Assembly (NCBI GenBank): GCA_963705105.1
Contig: CAVPIW010000006.1
Location: forward strand, 1,048,449-1,112,448
Source of the DNA: an uncultured Nitrospiraceae bacterium
GTDB lineage: Bacteria > Nitrospirota > Thermodesulfovibrionia > Thermodesulfovibrionales > Dissulfurispiraceae
DNA length: 64,000 nucleotides
Direction of reading: 5' to 3'
Shown: positions 19,532 to 29,621 of the stretch, in pieces
Position numbering within the stretch: position 1 is the first letter of the stretch
Layout of the letters: the number at the start of each line of letters is the position of its first letter
The notes under the pieces: model-generated
Told to the model about the DNA's origin: nothing
Databases searched by the model: none
What the model saw: the letters and a program-made list of their open reading frames with translations, nothing else
Made by a program: the position numbers and the translations under genes

Positions 19532-19864
19532 AAACACTCGGGTTGCAGGGTATGAGCCATAAAGGACAGAATACAGCAGTCAGTAGTCAGGCTACTGCAG
19601 AACTGCAAGTTAGACAAAGGGTTATCGATTATCTGCAGATTATCACAACTCGGAACCCGGGACTCGCAACCCGTTGAATCTCTATTCTCCAATCTCTGAT
19701 CTCTCTCTGTGCCCTCTGTGGCTAATCTTAGTTTGTCGTGTCTGTCGTGCCTTGCGCTCTTTGCGACTTGCGTGAGGCGTTCTTTCGTATCGGAAGCTGT
19801 CGCGGTGTCAGTGAATGGAAAAGGCGGAGTTGCGCCGATGCGGTCCATATGATATAGTGTTTCC

Positions 19865-20563
19865 ATGCCCCGTTTCCGGCAGAAATCCAGCCACGGCCAG
19901 CTGCGGCTGTTTCCGTACCACGATGAGGGGACTCTCCGGGAGTTCCTGGAGCGCCTGTCCGGAAAGCCCGTGAACCTCGCCCTGACCGATAACATCTCAA
20001 GCATGCTTTCTATCAGGCAGAAGGGACACGGGGTCACGGTGAGACTTCAGAAGATCTTCCTCTATGCCGGTCCCGACGTCCTTGTCGAGATCGGGACGCT
20101 CATCAGACACGGCAGGGGAAAGAGGGACCGACTGCGCGGATTCATCGAGGAGAACAGCCGCCTCATGGTGTCCCGGACCAAGGCGATGGAGACGATACGC
20201 ACGAGAGGACGGCACCATGATCTGAAGGCGCTTTTCGACCGTCTCAATCGTGACTATTTCGATGGCCGGATACGGTCCGTCATCACCTGGGCGCCGGGAA
20301 AAAACTTGCGCTCCGCCCGGAAACGCACCCTCGGGAGCTACATCAGGACGACCGACACGATCCGCATCAATCCCGTCCTTGACAGGAAGTCCATCCCGCG
20401 TTACGTCATCGAGTTCATCATCTACCATGAGATGCTCCATGCGGACATGGGAGTCACCGTGACGAAGGGCCGCCGCATCGTCCATTCCGTTGAATTCAAA
20501 AGGCGCGAGAGACTTTTTCACGATTACGAGCGGGTCATCGAATGGGAGCGCAAACCTTTGTGA
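19865..20563 (+). CDS. SprT-like/M48 zinc metallopeptidase domain protein
   Basis: LNRDYF, TLGSY, IRINPVLD, YHEMLH. Confidence 0.82.
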   Translation: MPRFRQKSSHGQLRLFPYHDEGTLREFLERLSGKPVNLALTDNISSMLSIRQKGHGVTVRLQKIFLYAGPDVLVEIGTLIRHGRGKRDRLRGFIEENSRLMVSRTKAMETIRTRGRHHDLKALFDRLNRDYFDGRIRSVITWAPGKNLRSARKRTLGSYIRTTDTIRINPVLDRKSIPRYVIEFIIYHEMLHADMGVTVTKGRRIVHSVEFKRRERLFHDYERVIEWERKPL

Positions 20564-20573
20564 AGGAGGAGAT

Positions 20574-21566
20574 GTGAAGATTCTCATAACGGGCGGCGCC
20601 GGTTTCATCGGCAGCGAATTCGTGCGCCAGGGGGTGAGCAAGGGTCACCGGGTCATCGTCATCGACAAGCTCACCTACGCGGCTGACATGGAGAGGCTCG
20701 GCGAATGCGAGGGGAACGTAGAGTTCTACCGCGCCGATGTGACGAACCGGGACCTCGTCGATCACGTCTTCGTTCGCGAAAAACCGGATGTCGTCGTCCA
20801 CTGGGCTGCCGAGAGCCACGTCGACCGCAGCATACTCGACGCCGCTCCCTTCATCGAAGCGAACGTCAGGGGGACCCAGGTGCTCCTCGACGTCGCAAAG
20901 GAGCGCGGCGTGGGCGTCTTCGTCAACATCGCCACCGATGAGGTTTACGGAGAACTTGGAGAGGACGGTCAATTCACTGAGGATTCCCCGTTGGAGCCGA
21001 ACTCTCCCTACTCCGTCAGCAAGGCCTCGGCCGATATGCTCGGACGGGCCTATCAAAGGACTTTCGGCCTGCCTGTCATCACCGTCAGGCCGTCAAACAA
21101 TTACGGGCCCTGGCAGTATCCTGAGAAGCTCATCCCCGTCGTGATCCTCAAGGCTCTCAGGGGAGAGCGTATCCCCGTCTACGGCAAGGGCCTCAACGTG
21201 AGGGAGTGGCTCTATGTCTCGGACTGCGCCGAGGCCGTTTTCCGGGTCATCGGGCGGGGCAAGGCGGGAGATGTCTTCAATGTCGGCAGCGGCGAAGAGC
21301 GGAGAAACATCGATGTCGTCACGGCCATCCTGAGGCTCCTGAACAAACCGGAGGACCTCATCGAATTCGTCAAGGACCGTCCCGGTCACGATTTCCGGTA
21401 TTCGCTGAGCGTGGAAAAGATATACGGGGAGACGGGATGGCGCGCCTCCGTCGGCTTTGACGAAGGCATCTCGAAGACCGTTTCCTGGTATCTCGACCAC
21501 ATGACCTGGGTCGAGGAGAAGCTCGCCTATCTCAGAGACTACTGGGCGAAGGTCTACAGGCCGTGA
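20574..21566 (+). CDS. rfbB: dTDP-glucose 4,6-dehydratase
   Basis: GGAGFIG, AAESHVDRSI, TDEVYG, YSVSK, DRPGHDFRY; AGGAGG then GTG 20574. Confidence 0.95.
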   Translation: MKILITGGAGFIGSEFVRQGVSKGHRVIVIDKLTYAADMERLGECEGNVEFYRADVTNRDLVDHVFVREKPDVVVHWAAESHVDRSILDAAPFIEANVRGTQVLLDVAKERGVGVFVNIATDEVYGELGEDGQFTEDSPLEPNSPYSVSKASADMLGRAYQRTFGLPVITVRPSNNYGPWQYPEKLIPVVILKALRGERIPVYGKGLNVREWLYVSDCAEAVFRVIGRGKAGDVFNVGSGEERRNIDVVTAILRLLNKPEDLIEFVKDRPGHDFRYSLSVEKIYGETGWRASVGFDEGISKTVSWYLDHMTWVEEKLAYLRDYWAKVYRP

Positions 21567-22408
21567 AATACCTCATTATCGGACATAAAGGTCAGCTCGG
21601 CAGTGAGTTCGTCAGGACCCTGAGCCTCCGGGGAGCCTCCTTCGCCGCGGCAGACTGCGATGCATGCGACGCCGGCGACCTCGACGCCGTCCTGTCCCTC
21701 ATCGGCGCCGCCAGGCCGACGCACATCATCAATTGCAGCGCCTACAACCAGGTCGACGTCGCTGAAGAGCGCTTCGACCTCGCCTTCCGGACAAACGCGA
21801 CAGGGGCCAGGAACCTCGCCTACGGAGCGAGAAAGCACGGCGCCTTCCTCGTCCATTACAGCACCGACTATGTCTTCGACGGGACCAAGGAGACGGGTCT
21901 CTACGGTGAAGACGACACCCCCAACCCGCTGAACGCATACGGCAGAAGCAAATACCTCGGCGAGCTCGCGGTGCGGGATGAGACGGACAGGGCGCTCGTC
22001 CTCCGGTTGAGCTGGGTCTTCGGGGAGGGAACGCAGAACTTCATATACAAGGTCCGCCAGTGGGCCGGGCAGAACGACCGCCTCCGCATCTCCGCCGACG
22101 AGGTCTCCGTCCCGACTGCGACCTCAACGGTCGTCGACGTGACCATGAAGGCCCTCGACGGCGGACTCTCGGGCCTCTTCCACCTCACGAATTCAGGGTA
22201 CGCGTCCCGCTACGAGTGGGCCCGGCGGATCATCGGCCTGCTGGGGCTGAAAACGCTCGTCTTTCCCATCTCATCCGATGTCTTCAACCTGCCGGCGAAG
22301 AGGCCGAAGTTCTCGGCCATGAGCAACGAGGCGATCTCAGGGGAGCTCTCCCTCTCGATCCCGCACTGGGAAGAGGCACTCAAAGCGCACCTCGCACGCC
22401 GTGATTAG
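21563..22408 (+). CDS. rfbD: dTDP-4-dehydrorhamnose reductase
   Basis: GHKGQLG, STDYVFDG, PLNAYGRSK, AKRP. Confidence 0.93.
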   Translation: MKYLIIGHKGQLGSEFVRTLSLRGASFAAADCDACDAGDLDAVLSLIGAARPTHIINCSAYNQVDVAEERFDLAFRTNATGARNLAYGARKHGAFLVHYSTDYVFDGTKETGLYGEDDTPNPLNAYGRSKYLGELAVRDETDRALVLRLSWVFGEGTQNFIYKVRQWAGQNDRLRISADEVSVPTATSTVVDVTMKALDGGLSGLFHLTNSGYASRYEWARRIIGLLGLKTLVFPISSDVFNLPAKRPKFSAMSNEAISGELSLSIPHWEEALKAHLARRD

Positions 22409-22426
22409 CCCAAAGTTCCACCATTA

Positions 22427-22596
22427 ACTTTGTCGTTGCATAGAAAGGCGGGGCGAAACGCTCTGAAAAACAGTGTCAGTGACAGTGTGAGTGTCAGTAA
22501 AGGTTCATTTTTTCAACAGTCGGTATGGTGTCGCCGCAGCAAGGTTTTCGGCGCATACGCCCCGCCTTTCCCGGGAGTGTATTGCAACGATAAGGT
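22427..22596 (-). mobile_element. MITE-like element (A/A, short)
   Basis: ACTTTGTCGTTGCATAGAAAGGCGGGGCG...CGCCCCGCCTTTCCCGGGAGTGTATTGCAACGATAAGGT; between convergent rfbD and pheT. Confidence 0.85.
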
Positions 22597-22805
22597 TCAG
22601 TTTTGCCACAGAGGTCACAGAGTAAAGACGGTTCAAGGTCCAAGGTCTACGGTTTAAGGTAAAAGACCTATCGCCGGAAATTAGAGATTCATGCCGTGGA
22701 CCGTATACCGTGCACCTTGCACCGTTCCAAACAACCCGCAACTTCTTTTGCAGTTCTGTGCGCTCTTTGCGGCTTTGCGTGAGACTGCGATTCGGGGCTT
22801 TTGCT

Positions 22806-24893
22806 TTACTGCCTGAGTTGTCCCTGAGTCTTTTCGAGGATGTAGGTGACGAGGCTGTTGTGGAGGACTTCCACTTCGTCGTCGGTGAGGGTCCGCTCGG
22901 GCGAGCGGTACCGGACTGTGAAGGCGAGGCTCTTCTTGCCCGCCGGGATCGATCCGCCCTGGAAAACGTCGAAGAGCGTCATGTCCTCGATGAGGTCCGA
23001 CGGGTATGCGGCGAGCATCTGCATGACCGCTGCCGATTCGAGCGAGGTATCGACGATGATCGCCGTATCGCGGTCGACAAAGGGATATTTCGGGATCTGC
23101 CTGTATTGCACGACCTGCATGGCATAGGGCACAAGGGCGTCCACGTCGAGTTCGAGCACGAGAAAGGCCGGCTTTTGCGCTTTGATGTCGAGCTTCTCCA
23201 CCAGCTCCGGTGACAGCACCCCCAGGAAGCCCGCCTTTTCTCCCTGCACGAGGATGTCGGCCGACTGCCCCGGGTGGAGGAAAGGCTCCCCGGACCGCTT
23301 GAAGGTGCATCCCGTTATCCTGAGGTCTGCAAGGATCGCCTCGACGACGCCCTTCAGGATAAAAAAGTCCGGAGTCTGATCCGGATAGAGCGATCTCGTT
23401 TTCTCGCGGTAGTACAGCACGGCGAGGTGCTCCTTCTCATCCGGCAGGCGGTTTTCCTCCGTTTTAGAGAACGCCCTGGCCATTTCGAAGAGCTTCAGGT
23501 CCCTGTTGCCATGGGCGAGATTGTGCATCAGGTTTCTCAGGAGCGCCGGGACGAGGGTAGTGCGCATATAGGCATCCTCCACCCTGAGGGGATTCCTGAC
23601 CTCGATGAGGCTGCGCCGCCGGTCTTCCTGCGCGATCCCCAGGAGATCGAGGTCCTGGGCCCCCATGAAGCTGAAGTTGATCGCCTCCGTAAAGCCCGCC
23701 ATCAGGAGCGCCTTGCGGATGTGCCGTTTCACCGCCTCCCTGCCGTACTTTCCCTCGTCGGGCTCTTCGATCCCGAGGGTCGCTTCAGGGAGAACGGCGG
23801 GGATCCTGTCGTATCCGTACATCCTCGCCACCTCTTCGATGACGTCGGCGTCCCTCTTCATGTCCCTCCGGTACGCCGGTGGCCTGACACGGCAGTGATC
23901 ACCCAGGTCTTCTATCTCGAGTCCGAGACCTTCAAGGCACCGGAGAATCTCTCTCCTGCCCAGTTCGAGGCCGAGGATCCTGTTGACCTTCTCGTAGCGG
24001 ACGTCTATCTCGACGGGAACGAATCTCCTGGGGTAGATGTCGATCTTGCCGTGGATCGATCCCTTTCCGACCTGCTGCATGAGCAGTGCAGCCCTGTCGA
24101 GGGCCTTCTTGAGGAGCCTGATGTCCGTGCCCCGTTCGAAGCGGTAGGAAGACTCGGTCCTGAGGCCCAGGGCCTTGGAGGTACGCCTGATCGAGGCGGG
24201 CTCGAAATGGGCACTCTCGATGAGCACGTCGACGGTATTCTCCGTCACCTCCGTGTCCCTGCCCCCCATGATGCCCGCCACGGCAACGGTCCTCTCGCCG
24301 TCGCAGATGAGGAGACCATCTTTCGGGATCTCCCGCTCCGTGCCATCGAGCGTCGTGAAGAGGACACATCCTTCAAGGCCGAAGACGCTCTTCGCAGTCC
24401 CGACTCGTATGCGGTGGCCCCTGAGCGTGCGGAGGTCGAAGGCATGGAGAGGATGCCCGAATTCGAGGAGGACATAGTTCGTCACATCGACGATGTTGTT
24501 GAGGGACCGGATGCCGCACTTCTCGATCCTCTTTCTCACCCACTCCGGCGACGGGCCGACCTTCAGGTTCTTGACGATCCGCCCGGCGTAGCGGTTGCAC
24601 AGGTCGGGATCGAGGATGTCCACATTGAAGTCGAGCTCCGAAATCTCAGGGGCGATCGCGTGTTCGGGAATGGCGTGGGGAATGCCGTACGATGCGGAGA
24701 CCTCCCGGGCGATGCCGAGGACGCTCAGGCAGTCCGGCCTGTTCGGGGTGACGTTCACCTCGAGGACGATATCGTCATCAACGGGATCGAGGCCTTCCAC
24801 CTCGAAGCCGATCATGGTCAGGCGCTCCGCCACCTCTTCGGCCGATGCCCTGACAGGGACAATCGATGTGAGCCACTCGAAGGGAACGCGCAT
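22806..24893 (-). CDS. pheT: Phenylalanyl-tRNA synthetase beta subunit (short form lacking B2 domain)
   Basis: TPNRPDCLS, VDVTNYV, SYRFERG, C-terminal FDX-ACB domain. Confidence 0.95.
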   Translation of the reverse strand: MRVPFEWLTSIVPVRASAEEVAERLTMIGFEVEGLDPVDDDIVLEVNVTPNRPDCLSVLGIAREVSASYGIPHAIPEHAIAPEISELDFNVDILDPDLCNRYAGRIVKNLKVGPSPEWVRKRIEKCGIRSLNNIVDVTNYVLLEFGHPLHAFDLRTLRGHRIRVGTAKSVFGLEGCVLFTTLDGTEREIPKDGLLICDGERTVAVAGIMGGRDTEVTENTVDVLIESAHFEPASIRRTSKALGLRTESSYRFERGTDIRLLKKALDRAALLMQQVGKGSIHGKIDIYPRRFVPVEIDVRYEKVNRILGLELGRREILRCLEGLGLEIEDLGDHCRVRPPAYRRDMKRDADVIEEVARMYGYDRIPAVLPEATLGIEEPDEGKYGREAVKRHIRKALLMAGFTEAINFSFMGAQDLDLLGIAQEDRRRSLIEVRNPLRVEDAYMRTTLVPALLRNLMHNLAHGNRDLKLFEMARAFSKTEENRLPDEKEHLAVLYYREKTRSLYPDQTPDFFILKGVVEAILADLRITGCTFKRSGEPFLHPGQSADILVQGEKAGFLGVLSPELVEKLDIKAQKPAFLVLELDVDALVPYAMQVVQYRQIPKYPFVDRDTAIIVDTSLESAAVMQMLAAYPSDLIEDMTLFDVFQGGSIPAGKKSLAFTVRYRSPERTLTDDEVEVLHNSLVTYILEKTQGQLRQ

Positions 24894-25901
24894 TTAAAAT
24901 TGCCTCAGAAAACGAATATCATTTTCGAAAAATAGCCGTATGTCGTCGATGGAATATTTGAGCATGGCGATGCGTTCGATGCCCAGGCCGAAGGCGAAAC
25001 CGGAATAGAGCTCGGAATCATAGCCCACGTTCTCCAGGACGACGGGATTGACCATGCCCGCACCGAGCACTTCGAGCCATCCCGACGTCTTACAGACCCT
25101 GCATCCCTGGCTGTTGCAGATGATGCAGCCAATGTCGATCTCGACGGACGGCTCAGTGAAGGGAAAATAGCTGGGCCTGAAACGGACGGGCGTGTCCGGG
25201 CTGAACATCTCGTGAACGAAGGCAATGAGAACGCCCTTGAGATTGCTGAAGGTGACCCTCCTGTCGATCATGAGCCCCTCGACCTGGTGAAACATGGGTG
25301 TGTGGCTCACGTCGGCGTCGCAGCGGTAGACCTTGCCGGGGACGATGAACCTGACGGGAGGCTTCCTCTTCTCCATGCCCCTGACCTGCACAGGTGACGT
25401 GTGCGTTCTCAGGACGATGTCTTCGGTGACGTAGAAGGTGTCCTGCATGTCCCGGGCAGGATGATCCTTCGGTATGTTAAGGGCCTCGAAATTGTAATAG
25501 TCGAGTTCGACCTCGGGACCCTCCTCGACGGTGAACCCCATCCTGACGAAGATGTCGACGATTTCAGCGAGGGTCCTGTTGATGGGATGCTGCCTGCCGA
25601 AAGGCACGTATTTGCCCGGCAGGGTGACGTCGATGGACTCGGAGAGGAGGCGGGCCTGGAGGGCGTGCCGCTGCAGGGTCTCTTCCCGGGCGGCGATTTC
25701 TTCCTCGACAAAGGCCTTGAGCTCGTTGACCTTCTTCCCGGCGATGGGACGCTCGTCGGCAGGGAGGGATGAGAGAGACTTCAGCTCCGCCGTGACGATC
25801 CCCTTCCGGCCGAGATATCGGACGCGGAGGTCCGAGACCGCCTGCAGACTCACGGCGGCTTCAAGGTCCCTGAGGAAGGCCTGCCTCGTGTCGTCGATCA
25901 T
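24894..25901 (-). CDS. pheS: Phenylalanyl-tRNA synthetase alpha subunit
   Basis: [34 protein letters not shown]. Confidence 0.97.
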   Translation of the reverse strand: MIDDTRQAFLRDLEAAVSLQAVSDLRVRYLGRKGIVTAELKSLSSLPADERPIAGKKVNELKAFVEEEIAAREETLQRHALQARLLSESIDVTLPGKYVPFGRQHPINRTLAEIVDIFVRMGFTVEEGPEVELDYYNFEALNIPKDHPARDMQDTFYVTEDIVLRTHTSPVQVRGMEKRKPPVRFIVPGKVYRCDADVSHTPMFHQVEGLMIDRRVTFSNLKGVLIAFVHEMFSPDTPVRFRPSYFPFTEPSVEIDIGCIICNSQGCRVCKTSGWLEVLGAGMVNPVVLENVGYDSELYSGFAFGLGIERIAMLKYSIDDIRLFFENDIRFLRQF

Positions 25902-25944
25902 GGATGACGCAATGGAAGCGTTGTAACGGCGGGGCCGGGGGCGC

Positions 25945-26301
25945 CTATGCCCTGGCTGCCTTGACCTCGGTGACGATGTCGCTGAACGCCTTGGGATCGT
26001 GATAGGCGAGATCCGCCAGGGCCTTCCTGTTCAGCGTGATGTTCGCCGCCTTCAGGCCGCTGATGAATTCGCTGTATGTCATTCCCAGGGACCTGACGGC
26101 AGCGCTGATCCTTGTGATCCAGAGGGACCTGAACTCGCGCTTCTTGAGCCTCCTGTCCCTGTATGAAGCGAGGAGCGCCTTCTCCACGGACTGGGCCGCA
26201 ACCTTGTACAGCCGCCGTCTGCCGCTGTGGTATCCCTTCGCCTGGTCCAGGACCTTCTTGTGATATTTCCTTGTCTTGTAGCCACCCTTTGCACGGGGCA
26301 T
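25945..26301 (-). CDS. rplT: 50S ribosomal protein L20
   Basis: [26 protein letters not shown]. Confidence 0.97.
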   Translation of the reverse strand: MPRAKGGYKTRKYHKKVLDQAKGYHSGRRRLYKVAAQSVEKALLASYRDRRLKKREFRSLWITRISAAVRSLGMTYSEFISGLKAANITLNRKALADLAYHDPKAFSDIVTEVKAARA

Positions 26302-26565
26302 ATGATCTCACACTCCTTTTCGCAGAAGAAATCGCCGGAGGCCGCGGTGCCCCCCGCTCATAAAGAATATAAATTTTACCGGATACATGGGAGAATCGTC
26401 AAGGATTCGATGAACGGCAGCCGAAAGTCCGGACCAGGCCATGAACACCCGGACGGGAAGGCTGACGTGGTGAAAAGCCTTTCCGCCAAGATACCCTGTC
26501 TATCCCCGGACCACCTTAGCCATGCCTATCGATACCTGAAGCCCGTCAGGGAACAGGCACCGGAC

Positions 26566-26675
26566 ACCTTATGATGAATCATCATCGCATCGGAAAGGCC
26601 CTGATCCATGCCTGCCTTCCCGGGGAAGCAATGAAATTGAAGACGCTTGATTTCCTGAGCAGAGTCGCGATAGGT
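26566..26675 (+). mobile_element. MITE-like element (C-type), AC flanks
   Basis: ACCTTATG..CATCATCGCATCGGAAAGGC..TGCCTTCCCGG..GATAGGT; core shared with copies near 33990 and 43828. Confidence 0.6.
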
Positions 26676-26685
26676 ACCTTCATCC

Positions 26686-26763
26686 GTCATTCCCGCAACC
26701 CCGCACGATGCGGGGGCGTCGGGAATCCTTCTTAGAGAGTGATTCCGGACGAGCCGGAATGAC
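26686..26763 (+). repeat. GTCATTCCCGC-type palindromic element (paired halves)
   Basis: GTCATTCCCGC..CGGGAATCC..GATTCCGG..CCGGAATGAC. Confidence 0.8.
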
Positions 26764-26798
26764 AAACAGACTGCGCGTCAGGAGGCTATGGACAGACT

Positions 26799-26999
26799 TT
26801 AATTGTTGTATGGCAGGAGTTTCTTGACGTTTTCGAGCTGGGCGTCCGCCACGAGTCCGCTCTGACGCAGACTCCTCGTCCTTTTCGATGATTTCCCCGT
26901 CAGGAGGTGACTCTTGAAGCCCTTGTACCTCTTTATCTTCCCGCTTCCCGTCACCTTGAAACGTTTGGCGGCTCCCCTGTGTGTCTTAATTTTCGGCAT
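26799..26999 (-). CDS. rpmI: 50S ribosomal protein L35
   Basis: [21 protein letters not shown]. Confidence 0.97.
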   Translation of the reverse strand: MPKIKTHRGAAKRFKVTGSGKIKRYKGFKSHLLTGKSSKRTRSLRQSGLVADAQLENVKKLLPYNN

Positions 27000-27089
27000 T
27001 TTCCCTCCTCTTTATTTCGAACAAAAAGCACCCTCTCACGGCGATCCGGCCAGAGCGCCGTTTCTCATCTTTTACCGTTCTATTATACT

Positions 27090-27590
27090 CTACTTTGCGC
27101 CCGGAGCGACCACCATGGTTATGTGGTTTCCTTCGAGCCTCGGCTGTTGCTCTATGGTGAATTTCCCTGTCAGCGTCTCCTTGATCCGGTGGAAGATCTT
27201 CATCCCCATTTCAGGCCTGATGATTTCACGGCCCCTGAAGAACATGGTCACCTTCGCCTTGTCCCCCTCGTCGAGGAACCGCCTGATATTCCTGATCTTG
27301 AGCTGCAGATCATGCTCGCCGATCTGCGGCCTGATTTTCACTTCCTTGACATCGGTCCCCTTTTTCGAGGAATGCTTCTTGCCCATCTGGTATTTGTATT
27401 TACCGAAATCCATCACCTTGCAGACAGGCGGTACGGAATTCGGCGCCACTTCAACCAGGTCGAAGCCTTTTGTCCGGGCCATCACCATCGCGTCCCTGGT
27501 GGGTACGACACCCAGTTGTTTGCCTTCATCGTCGATGAGGCGCACTTCCCGCGCCCTGATACCCTCGTTCACTCTGATATCCTTGCTTAT
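27090..27590 (-). CDS. infC: Translation initiation factor IF-3, probable ATA start
   Basis: NEGIRAREVRLID, PPVCKVMDFGKYKY; GGAGGTG 5 nt upstream of in-frame ATA at 27590. Confidence 0.95.
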   Translation of the reverse strand: MSKDIRVNEGIRAREVRLIDDEGKQLGVVPTRDAMVMARTKGFDLVEVAPNSVPPVCKVMDFGKYKYQMGKKHSSKKGTDVKEVKIRPQIGEHDLQLKIRNIRRFLDEGDKAKVTMFFRGREIIRPEMGMKIFHRIKETLTGKFTIEQQPRLEGNHITMVVAPGAK

Positions 27591-27626
27591 TTTTTCACCT
27601 CCCAGAAAAGTACAGGATTCATACGT

Positions 27627-29525
27627 CTACGTCTTCAGCCTGACTTCTTCCGTAATGAGCCCGGCGAATTCCCCGATCGTGAAGGGCCCGATGTTTTCGC
27701 CCGACCTCTTCCGCACTGTCACATTCCGGTCTTCCACTTCACGGTCGCCGATAATGACCAGGTAAGGGACCTTCCTGAGCGTCGCCTCGCGGATCTTATA
27801 GCCGATCTTCTCGTTATCGACATTGATCTCCGCCCTCACGTCGGCCTCCCTCAGGGCCTTGTAGATTTCCCGTGCGAAGGCCTCCTGCCTCTCGGCGATC
27901 GTCAGGATCGCGACCTGCACCGGCGAGAGCCAGAGGGGGAACTGCCCGGCATAGTGCTCGATGAGGACGCCGAAAAACCGCTCCAGAGAGCCCATGAGGG
28001 CCCGGTGTATCATGATCGGGCGGTGTTCCTTCCCGTCGCTGCCCCTGAAGGAGAGATCGAACCGCTCGGGGTTGTTGAAGTCGACCTGGATGGTGCTGCA
28101 CTGCCATGACCTGTTGAGGGAATCCTTGATCTTGATGTCGATCTTCGGCCCGTAAAAAACGCCTTCTCCCGGATCAACCTGATAGGAGAGCCCCTTCGTT
28201 TCGAGGGCTTCCCGGAGGGCGTTCGTCGCCCTCTCCCAGCTCTGGAGCGTGCCGACGTACTTGTCCGGTCTCGTCGAGAGATAGATGTCGTACGCGCTGA
28301 ACCCGAATGTCCTGAGGATGAAGAGGGTGAAGTCGAGGACACTGAGGATCTCCTCCTCGATCTGGTCCTCCCTGCAAATGATGTGGGCATCGTCCTGGGT
28401 AAAGCCCCTCACCCGCAGGAGGCCGTGGAGCACGCCCGAGCGCTCGTACCGGTAGACCGTCCCGAGCTCGGCGTAACGGATCGGCAATTCGCGGTAACTT
28501 CGCAGCGCGCTCTTGTAGATGCTGATATGAAAGGGGCAGTTCATGGGCTTCAGCTCGTAGGAGATCCCCTCGATCTCCATGGGAGAGTACATATTTTCAC
28601 GGTAGAAGTCGAGGTGCCCGCTCCGCTCCCAGAGGTTCAGCTTGGCGATATGGGGCGTATACAGGATCTTGTAATCCGCCCTCATGTGCTCGTTTCTCCA
28701 GAAATCCTCGATCGTCTTCCTGATGACGGCGCCGTTGGGGTGCCAGAGGATGAGGCCCGGGCCGATGTCGTCGCTGATGCTGAAAAGGTCCAGTTCCCTG
28801 CCCAGCTTCCGGTGGTCCCTCTTCTTCACCTCCTCCAGGAAGTCGAGATAGGCCTTGAGGTCATCCTTGTTCTCGAAGGCCGTCCCGTAGATCCTCTGGA
28901 GCATCTTGTTCTTTTCATCTCCGCGCCAGTAGGCGCCGGCGATCGAAAGGAGCTTGAAGGCTTTGATCCTTCCCGTTTTCAGCAGATGTGGTCCCCTGCA
29001 GAGATCGGTAAAGCCATCCTCCTCATAGACCGAAACGTATTCGTCGGGGATCTCGGAGATGATCTCGACCTTGTAATCCTCGCCCATCTTCCCGAAGAAG
29101 TCCATGGCCTCCGCCTTGGACATGACCCTGCGTTGAAAGGGTTTGTCCCTCTTGATGATCTCCTTCATCTTCTTTTCGATCAGTGCCAGGTCTTCCGGCG
29201 TGAAAGGCTTGTCCCGGTCGAAGTCGTAATAGAAACCCTCCTCCGTCGACGGCCCGATGGTGACCTTCGCATCGGGGAAAAGCTCCTTGACCGCGTGGGC
29301 CATCACGTGGGAGGTGCTGTGGCGGTATACATCTTTGCCCTCGGGCGAATCGAATGTGATGACGTCCACCTGCGCAGAGGGATCGAGTGATGCAAGTGAT
29401 GACAGGTCCTTCAGCTCTCCGTCCGTCCTGATGGCGAGCGCACGGAAGGGCGATGATGCGATTTGCCGCTGCGCCTCTTCAGGCGTCGTCTCCTGCTCAG
29501 TCCCGTCGGGAAAATGTAGTTTGAT
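27627..29525 (-). CDS. thrS: Threonyl-tRNA synthetase, probable ATC start
   Basis: RDHRKLG, KPMNCP, FYGPKID, MIHRA; frame open upstream of track start as IKLHFPDG..DGELKDL (TGS-like) after GGAGG. Confidence 0.95.
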   Translation of the reverse strand: MKLHFPDGTEQETTPEEAQRQIASSPFRALAIRTDGELKDLSSLASLDPSAQVDVITFDSPEGKDVYRHSTSHVMAHAVKELFPDAKVTIGPSTEEGFYYDFDRDKPFTPEDLALIEKKMKEIIKRDKPFQRRVMSKAEAMDFFGKMGEDYKVEIISEIPDEYVSVYEEDGFTDLCRGPHLLKTGRIKAFKLLSIAGAYWRGDEKNKMLQRIYGTAFENKDDLKAYLDFLEEVKKRDHRKLGRELDLFSISDDIGPGLILWHPNGAVIRKTIEDFWRNEHMRADYKILYTPHIAKLNLWERSGHLDFYRENMYSPMEIEGISYELKPMNCPFHISIYKSALRSYRELPIRYAELGTVYRYERSGVLHGLLRVRGFTQDDAHIICREDQIEEEILSVLDFTLFILRTFGFSAYDIYLSTRPDKYVGTLQSWERATNALREALETKGLSYQVDPGEGVFYGPKIDIKIKDSLNRSWQCSTIQVDFNNPERFDLSFRGSDGKEHRPIMIHRALMGSLERFFGVLIEHYAGQFPLWLSPVQVAILTIAERQEAFAREIYKALREADVRAEINVDNEKIGYKIREATLRKVPYLVIIGDREVEDRNVTVRKRSGENIGPFTIGEFAGLITEEVRLKT

Positions 29526-29621
29526 ATGCGCCTCCGGAAAAAATGTGGTGTCTATATTAACTGATTTAGAGTCTTCCGTTCAATAACAACCGCCGGGAAA
29601 CGGGAGTGTGAGTGTAACTAA

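Noticed and set aside
22806..24893. pheT truncation
   Set aside because: Clean in-frame absence of the B2 domain is a known short form; the other domains are intact.
26420..26440. GAAAGTCCGG resembling the RNase P RNA P4 motif
   Set aside because: Lacks the GAGGAAAGTCC context and a matching 3' P4 strand.
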